DNA of 64,000 nt from Craspedostauros australis. Its lineage: Eukaryota. The stretch spans positions 1 to 64,000 of the forward strand of contig JALAGF010005857.1 in NCBI GenBank assembly GCA_030167865.1, in the 5' to 3' direction. The notes below the pieces were generated by a model. It was not told the DNA's origin and did no database searches. It saw only the letters and a program-made list of their open reading frames with translations. A program made the translations under genes and the position numbers. This document shows positions 33,967 through 44,179 of the stretch, one piece after another (position 1 is the first letter of the stretch; each line of letters opens with the position of its first letter).

Positions 33967-34436
33967 AGCATTGAATCAGAGCAGATCATGATTGCGTCGC
34001 ATGACATGGCATGGTCGAAGTAGAGATGTAGGACGGAAGTATCGGTATGGCAGTTGTCATACATGATGCCATCTTCAAGTCCTATCATAGTGTAATGATA
34101 GAGAGACCCCGCATTTCTAGCTCCCATCCTTTCAGAAGTCGTAGTCTCCACCAACAGTTGTGGCCATCTGGTGCCCTATCTTTGTTTCGCGTAGTGTGGT
34201 ATCCACGACTGACCAAACTCTCTCGAATGCAATCAGTCCGCAGCCATCCAAACAGATCTTCGTTGTTTTTTGGCGCCATCCCATCACCACGCTCATTGGT
34301 GTTATTCCGTGCGTGAAACGGCAGCTTTTCCCACCACTGACAAACAATCAAACCATCACATGGATGAAGCAGACGGAAAGCGAGGTGGTAATATCGTTCT
34401 CTCTCTCTCTAGAGAGAGAGAACTTCCATCTTCACC

Positions 34437-35939
34437 ATGAGTACGACGGCCACAGCAGGCCCGTCTTCAAGCCCGTTGTCCCTCAAGGATGAGCACGGCA
34501 ACCTCCTGCAAGGTCTCAGCCTCGACATTGCCATATTGGAGATGCTCCTCAATCGCCACCGCAACGGGCATGGCCGCACCAAGTACCATCAGCGTTGCTC
34601 GATGGCGCTGAAGACGATCACTGATCGTTATCAAATAGAAGAATGCTTCGGAAAAAGGCTGCAGGAGCTCAACGCGAACATCATCAAGCATTTGCAGCAG
34701 GACAAATACGACAAGCGACGCATGCAGGATGAATGGGTCATCGAGTCAACGCGCAAGCCAGCGAAGCAGCCGAAGATCCCCGCGGAACAGTCGGAAATAA
34801 TCGATGATTTATCCATCATTCACGATGTCGTCGTCGAGGCAATACCAGAGGCGCTTTCTCGAATACATCTAGCGGCCAGCTCGTTGCTAATCGAGGTCAG
34901 CCGAGGGTACTTTCTCCCATTCTGCACTGTGGCCTTGAGCACGCTGGCCAGAATACGAAGCATCCTCATGAGATTGGCGCATGATGCGCTGGTGCACTAC
35001 CTGCCGACTTTGCATGCGCAAGTGCTCAACTGCAAGTTTTCAAAACAAGGCAGAGATATCCTCTTTGAGCAATGCCCACTGTTGGTCCAGACAACGAAAC
35101 CAACAGAAACAGAAACAATGGCGTCCAGCAGCACAAATAGCAGCACCAGCGCCAGCAGCAACACCGAGAACGGCACGGTAAGGAGCACCGCAATGAAGAA
35201 AGCCCTGTATGCCATCGCAGAAATTCCATTTAGTGCAGCCGCGCAGGCCACCAAGCGAGATCGAACGATCGAGACAATGCGGCAGCTTGGACTTTCGCTA
35301 TCTCGAAGCGATATCGATATGTTGGGAAACAGGAAGCTGGTCGGTCCGAAGGCATCGCAACCTGAGAGGCGAAGAAAGAAAGGAGATGGAATGAGCAAGA
35401 AGAACTCAACGTCATCAGATGCCAAGCTGGGCAACAGGAGCGATGCAGGTGGGAACAGCGATGCAGATTCCAACATGGAGTCATTGGCGAGGGCGCCTGC
35501 TGCCATCGTAAGGATGGACAGTGCTGAAGATCTCGGCGTGGATGCGATGAGCGGGGATGCGGTAGATCCAGACGAAGATCCCACCACCGCCGGTGGAGCC
35601 AGCATCAAACAACACATTGACCGGACCGGACGCCGGCGCAGAGCCGCACCCGACGAAGTGGATCAAAATGCATCCCTCCTTGAGCTGGTCAAGGGTCGGC
35701 GCAATCATAAAGCAAAAGCCAAACCAAAGACAGCACCATCTGGCGCGTCCTCATCCAATTCCGTGCCGAAGCAGGGGAAGAGGCGGAAAATGCTGAACGA
35801 TGCAACAACACATCCGGATCCACCCGCAATCGCTGCCAACGCACACCCCGATGACGCAAAGGACAAGAAGAAGAAGAAATCAAAGAAAAAGAAAAAGAAA
35901 TCCCAGAAGGGAGACTTCTTCGACAGTTTATTCGGTTAG
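34437..35939 (+). CDS. RMP1/NEPRO-like nucleolar protein (DUF4477-type N-terminal domain, RNase MRP-associated family)
   Basis: Motifs LLNRHRNGHGRTKYHQR and GYFLPFCTVALSTLARIRSIL. Lys-rich tail ending GDFFDSLFG. Confidence 0.7.
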   Translation: MSTTATAGPSSSPLSLKDEHGNLLQGLSLDIAILEMLLNRHRNGHGRTKYHQRCSMALKTITDRYQIEECFGKRLQELNANIIKHLQQDKYDKRRMQDEWVIESTRKPAKQPKIPAEQSEIIDDLSIIHDVVVEAIPEALSRIHLAASSLLIEVSRGYFLPFCTVALSTLARIRSILMRLAHDALVHYLPTLHAQVLNCKFSKQGRDILFEQCPLLVQTTKPTETETMASSSTNSSTSASSNTENGTVRSTAMKKALYAIAEIPFSAAAQATKRDRTIETMRQLGLSLSRSDIDMLGNRKLVGPKASQPERRRKKGDGMSKKNSTSSDAKLGNRSDAGGNSDADSNMESLARAPAAIVRMDSAEDLGVDAMSGDAVDPDEDPTTAGGASIKQHIDRTGRRRRAAPDEVDQNASLLELVKGRRNHKAKAKPKTAPSGASSSNSVPKQGKRRKMLNDATTHPDPPAIAANAHPDDAKDKKKKKSKKKKKKSQKGDFFDSLFG

Positions 35940-36068
35940 CGCCTTTCGCGGTTTTGTGGATCTTTGTGTTTCTGGCGGTGGGTGCTCTTGGGGCCAGTGC
36001 CCGGGCTTTCATTCGGAGATGTGTTGTTGTTTTTGGAGGGGATTAATGTAACGTATTCTACTTCTAAT

Positions 36069-39000
36069 TCAAGGATACTCAGGCATCTCGCTGGATGACC
36101 TTTTGACAGATTGACGGCGGGCCTGTAGCAATGTCACCTTCTTCCCCGCACCCCATTCCTCGTACAATCGAATCGCCTCATCAAAATGATACTCCGCACT
36201 CTCCTCGTCATCTCTCAGCAGCATGTGTTCAGCCAGTCGTTCGTTTGCCAATGCCTGGTGCTGAGGGAACCCCGTCCGCGCACAAATCCGAATCGCATGT
36301 TGGTACAGCTCAACAGCGGCTTGGAATGCGCTTACTTCTTGTCTCTTCTTGTGTGCCTTCCACGCAGCTCTCTCTGCGCTGAGAATGGCAAGGCAATGCA
36401 CCGCATTCGGGTTGCCCCTATCCACGGAAAGGCGCAGTTCTTTGCGGGATCGTTTAGCCAGCCGCTTGAACTTGCTGCGTTTGGACCTTGAGAGATAGTC
36501 ATCATGGTGAGAGACGATGGTGGCGGAGAACGAGGAGAGGAAGATGAATGGCATCGTCATGATGTAGCCATGTTTCACTTTCAGCTGGTTGTCGCAGGTT
36601 TCCAATGCAAATTGGGCCGCGGCATGGTAGTCACCAAAGTATGCAGACGCAAACACTTTGGTTCGAATCAGCTTTATCTTCAGCGTGCCATCCTTCGTTT
36701 GTTCAATACGTTGCATGGTCACCACCTCGTCGAAGACGTCACCCACAAGCAACGCTTGTTGATCAGAACGTCCTCTCAGATTCAAGACCATCTGCCATCT
36801 CATTGATAGCTCTTCGCCTGCCTTGCCTTGGTTGAAGTCTTCGCAAACCTTCTTGTACGTCGAAAGGTCTGCGTCCAGATCTTCCAGCGGCTTGGCTGTT
36901 AGAAAGCACAGGTCCAGGTAGTAGAGGACTGTCCACATAGCGACGTGAACGTCGCCAGCAGCCATTGCGTCGGGATGGGCGTCAAGAATTGGTTGCTTGC
37001 AGCTATCATACGGAATGAGACCGTTCAATACCATGCCATATGAAACGAGTACGGTCCGTGCTATTGCTGACTTGTTGCTCATCGTTTCACACAGTTTCAC
37101 TGCGTAGTTAGCGTACAGCCTCGCGGTTTCCATGTCACCCAAAACGGGACCAATCAGCATCGCAAGACTTGCCAAGGCAACTGGAGTGAAGCTGGTCCTT
37201 CCCACCTTCAACGCACAGTTGATGCCATCAATCGTGATCAGAGGGTGCACCCCTTTATCGCAGATTGCTGCAGACCACCCATGCTTGTCTATGGTTCTCA
37301 GAATAAGCTCATCCATTGGATCCTTCGATGGCTGCATCGAATCCAGGTACTCGATCGTCCACGTCTTTGCAGACGCCTTCAACCTCGTGATGCGTTTCAT
37401 CACTGTCAACAGTCTCACAGTGCTATTCCTCGGATATCGATATCCTAGCTTGGCCATTAATGTGTTCCCCAGCTTCATGACGTCGCTTGCTTTTTTGTTC
37501 TGGATCGTGACCATATTTCCATCCATCAGAACGTGATACGCTCTCATCGCATCGATCAGAGGACAATCATCTCTCTTGATCACCATGTTGCCGTACTTCC
37601 GCATCATCTCGAACTTGTTGCTTGCGTATGCACATTCTGTGGCTGAAGTGTACAGCTGGAGGCTCATCTGGTAATGCGACTTCCAGTGGTTTGACGGCAT
37701 CATGTCGATGGCATGCTGCAAATATCTGAACGCTATCCGGAAGGCTGCGTGAGATGCAGCGATGATGCCAGCATCGAAGTTGAGTTTTGCGACGCGGGAG
37801 CGTACTGTTTGCGCCATGTCGGTTGTGTCTCCCATTGTCGTTGTCGATGGTGATGGTGGATACTGCGGGATCATATCCAGACGACCGTTGAGGAGATTCG
37901 CCACCACGAACAACGACGATTCCAAGTCATCTGGCGACAACCGCTCCATCAAGATGAGCCCGATGCGATGCTGGAGTTCCAGAAGTTGCATCTTCGATGA
38001 AACCATTCCTAACGCCGCCTCTTGCACCTTGTCGTGAATGAAGGAGTATTCTGATGCTGGCGGCGCCTTCGGAGATGCTGACGCTGGCGCCATCACTGAT
38101 GCCGAGGATGCGAATGTGGACCTGCCGTCGGAGCCGCTCTCCTCGCTGTTGACGTCGACATTGACAATGTCCTTGTCGCTGCTGGTGCGCGACTCGATCA
38201 GTCCCTCGCCTTCGTAGATCCTTAGGATGTCCAACCATTCATCCTCGCTTGCCGGTGGAGGTCCATCAAACAACGACTCGTACAGCGCTCGATGCCCTGC
38301 TTCACTCGTATCATCAGCACCGTCCTCCACGAATCCCTGCAGTACCGTCCGCAGCAATAACCACGAAAATGTGGATCCCAAACACGCAGCCAACGGCAGC
38401 AGGTACTGGGCTGTATCGATCTGCTGCAGCTTCCGTTCCATCAGCTCCACCACGTTGATTGTTGCTGGTGTCTCTTGCTTGATCTGGTCATTGTCCCACA
38501 TCCACTTCATCGTTGCGATATCGTATGATAGAAGGCTATCCTTGACGAGCATTCGCATGAACTGCTGGACGAAAAAGACGTTGCCATCCGTTTTCTTGAA
38601 CACGATCTCAGCAAGCCCGTAGCTTCTGGAGGTGGCGTCATTGTCGTTGCCGTTGCCGTTGCCGCTATTGCTGGCATCATGGTATATTCCCAACAGTTGC
38701 CTGAGCATGGCGTGTACGTCGTTTAACGACAGATTGTTTACCTCCAGATCCACGTACCGAATGAAACGCTCACGCTTCTTCTTCTGGATTGATGACAGCA
38801 TGGGGCCAACAAGATCTGCCGTGCTGGATACGGTCACATAGTCTAACTCCGAAGCGCCGCTGTTTGTGCCGATATCATTGCGATTGCTGGCAGTGCCATG
38901 ATCGAGCCCGTCTGTGTTGACGAGGTTGGATCGGAAGCAGATGACGATCATGAGAGACGAGATAGTGGTGTCCATGATCCATGACTCGATCATGTTGAGT

Positions 39001-40286
39001 GACTCCCTGTCTGCCCATTGGACATCGTCACAAACCCATACGAGGGGGCAGCAGTCGCAGATTATCTTGATGAATCGCCGGAAAGCGAACTTGAGTTGGA
39101 TAGATTTCTCCTTGAAGCCTTGCATTACTTGTGAGCGGCGCCTCGTGGACGCTCCAATTTTCTCGGCGCCGTCAATATCGCCCTCTGCCGTGTTGGTGCG
39201 TGAGTACGCATCGTTTCCGATGACATCAACGAGGTTGGGAATGAGCTTATGCAGCGATTGCAGCTCATCGTTGTTGAGATCCTGTGTGATGCGCTGTCGG
39301 ATCACATCGAAGCTTCGGGAATCCTGCGTTCCAGGTTGGGCAATGTTGGTGTGTATCCTTGGAAGGTTGCAGATTTGCGAGCACAGGTCGATCATGGCGA
39401 TTCTGAAACCGGAGTATGGCTCATCCATTTGTTTCAGATCGAATTTTCCGAAGACGAAGAGGACGTTGTTGGCTTTGCATTTGGGACGCAAGGTGGTGGC
39501 CAACGTTGACTTTCCGGTGCCAGAGTAACCCGAGATGGACACGAGGGAACGAATGGTGGTCGTTTCGGCGTTCGAATGATTGACGGCGCAGTTGCCCTTC
39601 CTCATACGCGTAGTGCTGCCGTCGGTGTCAGCAGTGGCGTCAGTGTCATCGCTGCTGTTGCTCTCATTGCTGCCAGCTTTGTCGATGTTGCGTTGGTTTG
39701 GATTGCCATTTTGATCAAGGCCGACAGCACCCTCGTCCCACGAAGACGGTTGGACAACTTTTGCGGGCGTTGCATTCTTGAGGATCTGTCGAAACGCACG
39801 GTCCAGGATGCGCCTTTCCTTTTCTCTTCCAAGGAGGCTGACGCGAGAGAAGTCCAGCGAGCTTTGGGAGAGCTCCGCCAACTTTCTGGCCGTACGCATG
39901 CGATTCGTCTCTGTCGCCAGCGTTGGCTGGTGCCCGAGCATCTCCTTCGGCACTTCATGTCGACCACAGGGCACTTTCCCTGCTGAGAATTGACGGGAGA
40001 GTCCATGCCCCAAGTGCTGGCTGCCAGTGGTGCTTCTCGTGCTGAAGTCCGCAGATGGTTTGGATGACGTGGAGAGGAAGCTCGATGAATCGGAGTGTGA
40101 GAGAGAGCGCATCTCGCAGCCAATTGTACGAGCAGCAGGCTTCGCTTGTCTGCGCCCGTTCAGTGATTCGGCATGGTCACGCGCACGCACGCGGCCACGG
40201 TCACCATCGGCAGTGCAGGAAGTCATGGTGCTGTGATGTTGGTTCTTGCTGCCACTCTGTGTCATTATGGTTGCCATCTTTGCCAT
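36069..40286 (-). CDS. Stand-alone STAND-type P-loop ATPase with helical/TPR-like C-terminus (COG3899-like), intronless, 1405 aa
   Basis: Motifs LLGREKE, GYSGTGKS, GKFD..PYSGF, VCDDVQWAD, KTDGNVFFV, FIHDKVQEAA, ALANERLA and YEEWGA. No kinase or histidine-kinase domain is visible. Confidence 0.85.
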   Translation of the reverse strand: MAKMATIMTQSGSKNQHHSTMTSCTADGDRGRVRARDHAESLNGRRQAKPAARTIGCEMRSLSHSDSSSFLSTSSKPSADFSTRSTTGSQHLGHGLSRQFSAGKVPCGRHEVPKEMLGHQPTLATETNRMRTARKLAELSQSSLDFSRVSLLGREKERRILDRAFRQILKNATPAKVVQPSSWDEGAVGLDQNGNPNQRNIDKAGSNESNSSDDTDATADTDGSTTRMRKGNCAVNHSNAETTTIRSLVSISGYSGTGKSTLATTLRPKCKANNVLFVFGKFDLKQMDEPYSGFRIAMIDLCSQICNLPRIHTNIAQPGTQDSRSFDVIRQRITQDLNNDELQSLHKLIPNLVDVIGNDAYSRTNTAEGDIDGAEKIGASTRRRSQVMQGFKEKSIQLKFAFRRFIKIICDCCPLVWVCDDVQWADRESLNMIESWIMDTTISSLMIVICFRSNLVNTDGLDHGTASNRNDIGTNSGASELDYVTVSSTADLVGPMLSSIQKKKRERFIRYVDLEVNNLSLNDVHAMLRQLLGIYHDASNSGNGNGNDNDATSRSYGLAEIVFKKTDGNVFFVQQFMRMLVKDSLLSYDIATMKWMWDNDQIKQETPATINVVELMERKLQQIDTAQYLLPLAACLGSTFSWLLLRTVLQGFVEDGADDTSEAGHRALYESLFDGPPPASEDEWLDILRIYEGEGLIESRTSSDKDIVNVDVNSEESGSDGRSTFASSASVMAPASASPKAPPASEYSFIHDKVQEAALGMVSSKMQLLELQHRIGLILMERLSPDDLESSLFVVANLLNGRLDMIPQYPPSPSTTTMGDTTDMAQTVRSRVAKLNFDAGIIAASHAAFRIAFRYLQHAIDMMPSNHWKSHYQMSLQLYTSATECAYASNKFEMMRKYGNMVIKRDDCPLIDAMRAYHVLMDGNMVTIQNKKASDVMKLGNTLMAKLGYRYPRNSTVRLLTVMKRITRLKASAKTWTIEYLDSMQPSKDPMDELILRTIDKHGWSAAICDKGVHPLITIDGINCALKVGRTSFTPVALASLAMLIGPVLGDMETARLYANYAVKLCETMSNKSAIARTVLVSYGMVLNGLIPYDSCKQPILDAHPDAMAAGDVHVAMWTVLYYLDLCFLTAKPLEDLDADLSTYKKVCEDFNQGKAGEELSMRWQMVLNLRGRSDQQALLVGDVFDEVVTMQRIEQTKDGTLKIKLIRTKVFASAYFGDYHAAAQFALETCDNQLKVKHGYIMTMPFIFLSSFSATIVSHHDDYLSRSKRSKFKRLAKRSRKELRLSVDRGNPNAVHCLAILSAERAAWKAHKKRQEVSAFQAAVELYQHAIRICARTGFPQHQALANERLAEHMLLRDDEESAEYHFDEAIRLYEEWGAGKKVTLLQARRQSVKRSSSEMPEYP

Positions 40287-41425
40287 CTTTGCAACTGTGT
40301 CAGGATGATGGGAGGATCGCTGCTCATCATGTCGTTATTCCTGTTCCGTTGCTTCTCCATGGCAATGGGCGAGAGAAGTGGTGGGAGGGGAACGCTCCCC
40401 GTTTTCTCTGCCATGTCCTCATCTGCCCTCACTCTTTCAGGCATTTTGGTCCTTTCGCGCGATTTTGTGAGCGACACAGGCTGAACACAGGTTTCTCATG
40501 ATATTTTCGCGGCATGAAGCGGTATCGCCAGGGTGTTGGAAGGACTCTGTTCTGGTGAGGTTGTTTCTCACGTTAATGTCATTTGCGAAGCTCACATTAA
40601 TTAATGCGACATGTCACCACGTGGATACGGAATCAGAAGCCCATGAGTACTCTTGCGATAGTACTCTTCTCGTATCTGATAAACAGCTTGTATGTTGGTC
40701 ATAGCTGCAAACAGCCAGAAAACAAACAAACTGCCGTCCCAACAAGACCGCCACACTCCGCGCAACCACATCCGGAGCCATACAGAGCACCATGGAGGAC
40801 TATGGTGCCGAGTCCAAACACGGCCTCACCATGCTATTATACAATGAAGTAATCTTGATCCAATCATCGATAGAGCTTTAGAGTATTCGTCGAGTAAGTT
40901 GCATGGCAATATGGTAACATGGTAACACGGTAACATAGTAGCGGAGTAACATGATGGCATCGCCACATCGCACAAGGCAACAAAACCGGATTTGACTGTT
41001 TGTGAATCATTGTGATTCGACAACACGAGAGAGGAGAAGCTGGCCAAACTGACGTGGCGCAAATCTACTCACACAAAACAAACCAGTTGTTCCTCCAAAT
41101 GCAATCCAACAACACTACAAAACTGCATACAATCATGCCATGCCGTACCAAATCATACCATGCTATACTCGTGCCAATGAAAACTGTGACGATGAGCGCA
41201 GTCTCGCATTGCGGTTCACTCACACATTGCCACTGCGATGATGTACTGCTGGATTTGGTGTGGCATCGCATAGCATCGCATGGTTTCGCGCCACCATCCC
41301 ATCCTCCTCCCATCATCTCATAAAATCAAAGCAACAACAATCGCAAACGCAAACAACACACAGCCACACAGCCACACAACCACACAACCAAACTCTCACC
41401 ACCCAATAACGCAACAGCATCAATC

Positions 41426-42496
41426 ATGAAGTTCACTATCAACACCATCGTCGCCACCGTCCTCCTCATGGCATCCGCCATGCCAACACCAGCCTTCGCC
41501 AAGGAAGGAAGTCTCCGAAAGGGATCCAACGGTGCCGTTCCCACCGACGCCAACGCCAACGCCGAAATCATCAACAATCCACAACGAAGCCGATCCCTGC
41601 TCCTCAGATCCCTCCCCCAGCAAACCTACGTCGCTGCCGACTCCCAGATCGCCTTCGTTGGCGGACCGGATGCCGCCTCCGCTCTGGGATCCTCGATCAT
41701 CATCACAGGCAACATGGTCGACAGCGACGAAGCGACGCTGACCGATCCCGCAGCCAGCACTCCAACCGGTACCGTGTACGGAACATCTTCCCAGGTGTGC
41801 ATCACCACTGCGACTGGAGCCGTCCCTGCTACCGACATCGCCGCCCATCAATGCACCATCACAGACGAGTTCTTCGCATCTGACGGATCGTCTCTTGGAT
41901 CTGTCATCATGCAGGCTGGCGGAAAGTACGACTTCACGCCAGGCGTTGGCGGGGAGCTGCCTCCATCCTTCGAGGCGGCTGTGATCGGCGGAACCGGACT
42001 GTTCGATGATGTGGCGGGCAGCGTGCTCATCGAGACCATGCGTGAGCGCACCGGAACCTTCCCAACCAACCTCTCTGGCTTCATCGTCCTGCGTCACAAC
42101 TACGACAACATGCAGTACAACTACGACAGCAGCAACAACGCCAGCACCGGATTGATGTATGGACCATGCGAGATCACCTTCAAGGACGAGGCGGCTTTGC
42201 GTGCGGGCAGTACCGGCAACAAGATCGAGATGAAGCTCGCTTTCGATGCGGACGANGCCGAGCTGGACTTCTCCAACTCTGGCATTCCAATGACCCAGTT
42301 GNGNCTCACGGGCGGCAAGTTCAACTTCGTGGCACGCACGGGCGGCAACAGCATGCAGATCAAGAAGAAGAACAGCGTGATGGACTCTGCCACCTTGACC
42401 AACAGCAAGAACTTCATCATGCAGAGCGTGCCGCAGATGCAGGGAGACGTGCCAACCTTCCAGCTTCCTACATGCAGGGCCGTGTACAAGGCTTAA
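41426..42496 (+). CDS. Secreted protein with a dirigent/allene-oxide-cyclase-like beta domain, 356 aa
   Basis: Signal peptide MKFTINTIVATVLLMASAMPTPAFA, propeptide-like SLR..RSRSLL region and FEAAVIGGTGLFDDVAGSVLI motif. Contains a few Ns. Confidence 0.6.
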   Translation: MKFTINTIVATVLLMASAMPTPAFAKEGSLRKGSNGAVPTDANANAEIINNPQRSRSLLLRSLPQQTYVAADSQIAFVGGPDAASALGSSIIITGNMVDSDEATLTDPAASTPTGTVYGTSSQVCITTATGAVPATDIAAHQCTITDEFFASDGSSLGSVIMQAGGKYDFTPGVGGELPPSFEAAVIGGTGLFDDVAGSVLIETMRERTGTFPTNLSGFIVLRHNYDNMQYNYDSSNNASTGLMYGPCEITFKDEAALRAGSTGNKIEMKLAFDADXAELDFSNSGIPMTQLXLTGGKFNFVARTGGNSMQIKKKNSVMDSATLTNSKNFIMQSVPQMQGDVPTFQLPTCRAVYKA

Positions 42497-43603
42497 GCAT
42501 GAGTACGAATCATGAGCACGGACATGGGCATCGGCACGTGCCGGCGGGGCCGTCAGATGGCTACAACGATTATATAGAATGAAAACATAACATATAGAGC
42601 GTATACAGGAACTGGAAGCTTCACAAAAACGTGGCTATTTTGTAGAATAATCCTCGCTTGAGGAAGACCGCAAGCCAACCCCTTCATGTATTGGTTGGAT
42701 GTTGACTTGATCTCATGTTTTCGTCGCACACCATTGCATGCATTTCATCATTGCACGAATTCTCGGGGGGCACGAGTCTCCATCTCTTGAATGACGTCAG
42801 GGGCAATCTTGTGGAGTCGAAATCTCGTGTGCCCAGTAGGATCAAACAACATGTTGCGAAGACTGATAAAAAATGCAGCATCTTTCATATGGCGCTCTCA
42901 TAGATTTTGATAGAGAGGATCTCTGCGCCCATACCACATCAGAGCTTGTGAAGTAGGCCTGGCGTGACGACTGCAAGTGCATGTTTGGTTTTGGGCTAAA
43001 ATCTAGATTAGCGCGACTAGATACTCAATAGATTACGAACGAAATAGTCCGTCAACAATGGGACTAGCATTGAACTAGCCAAAATTGACGAACAGTGTTT
43101 CGTAAACGAACACACAAGTTTCAAAAAGACAAGAAATAATCAAACTTCCGCACCGCCCCACATACGAGGCACCAAAATCATCAACTGGTCCACCAAAAGA
43201 CACATGGCGACGCTCGTGATAAAGTGGCAGCACTAAAGATGGACGAGACGAGGAATCGCGATGATCAGTGCGAAGCTCCTCAAACCCATGTACGTTTTGC
43301 TCGTACGCAGAACTGATTACTCAACCGAAGATGTCATGGTCGCAATATCAATTATGTGGTTGGAAGTTGGACCATGTCACGAAACATCCAAAGAGCCAGG
43401 AAACTTGATCTGCGATCTGGGTACGAGTTGAACTCGGCGAATGAGAAGAGCGGTGATAGTACCGAGCACTCTGCATTCGAATCAAGAGTGATAGAGAAGG
43501 AACGAGATTTGATTTGGCTGCGCGCCAGGTGCTGCAGCCGCATGTGGAATTAGATGGAGCATGGACGAGACGGTGGCCAGTAACTGGATCGCAGCATCTC
43601 ATG

Positions 43604-44179
43604 CTAGTCTTCCTTCTGAATCTTTTTCATTGTGACCTGGAAATGCAAGGTTGCATTTGGCGGTATATCCGGAGAGCACCCGCGTTTGCCGTAACCGAGC
43701 TTGCTGGGAACGACGAGCTTTCGTTTCCCGCCGACGGCCATTCCCTTAATGCCTTGATCCCACCCTTTGATGACATCGCCCGCCCCCAGAGTGAATGAAA
43801 ACGAATTGGCGGCATCGAACTGCGTTCCGTCATCCAACTTCCCTGCGTACTTGACTGTGACCGTGTCACCAACCTCCGCACCATCTCCTTTGCCGACCTT
43901 GAGGTCGTCCATCTGCAATGGTTCGGGATCTTCCGCCTTCTTCCGAGACGCGTCGCCCTTGACCGAAAATGATTGACCGTGCTGGACGAGCTTGCCTGCC
44001 GAAACGCCCTTCTTGATGGCCTGCTTCAATCTCGCCGCGTTGTCGTACTCGAATTCAGATTTCAAGTATTTTGCGATCGAGACTCTTGAGACGCCTCCGT
44101 TGGCGCCCGGCGGCGACGACCGAATGGCATGAATGACCTTGTCGAGAACTGTCTTGGGAGCACCCTTGCCGCCGGCCAT
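43604..44179 (-). CDS. FKBP-type peptidyl-prolyl isomerase with an N-terminal linker-histone (H15)-like domain, 191 aa
   Basis: H15-like VIHAIR...GVSRVSIAKYLKSEF...LKQAIKKGVSAGKLVQHGQSF, followed by FKBP motifs VTVKYAGKL.DGTQFD, VIKGWDQGI, GGKRKL, LGYG and IPPNATLHF. Confidence 0.92.
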   Translation of the reverse strand: MAGGKGAPKTVLDKVIHAIRSSPPGANGGVSRVSIAKYLKSEFEYDNAARLKQAIKKGVSAGKLVQHGQSFSVKGDASRKKAEDPEPLQMDDLKVGKGDGAEVGDTVTVKYAGKLDDGTQFDAANSFSFTLGAGDVIKGWDQGIKGMAVGGKRKLVVPSKLGYGKRGCSPDIPPNATLHFQVTMKKIQKED

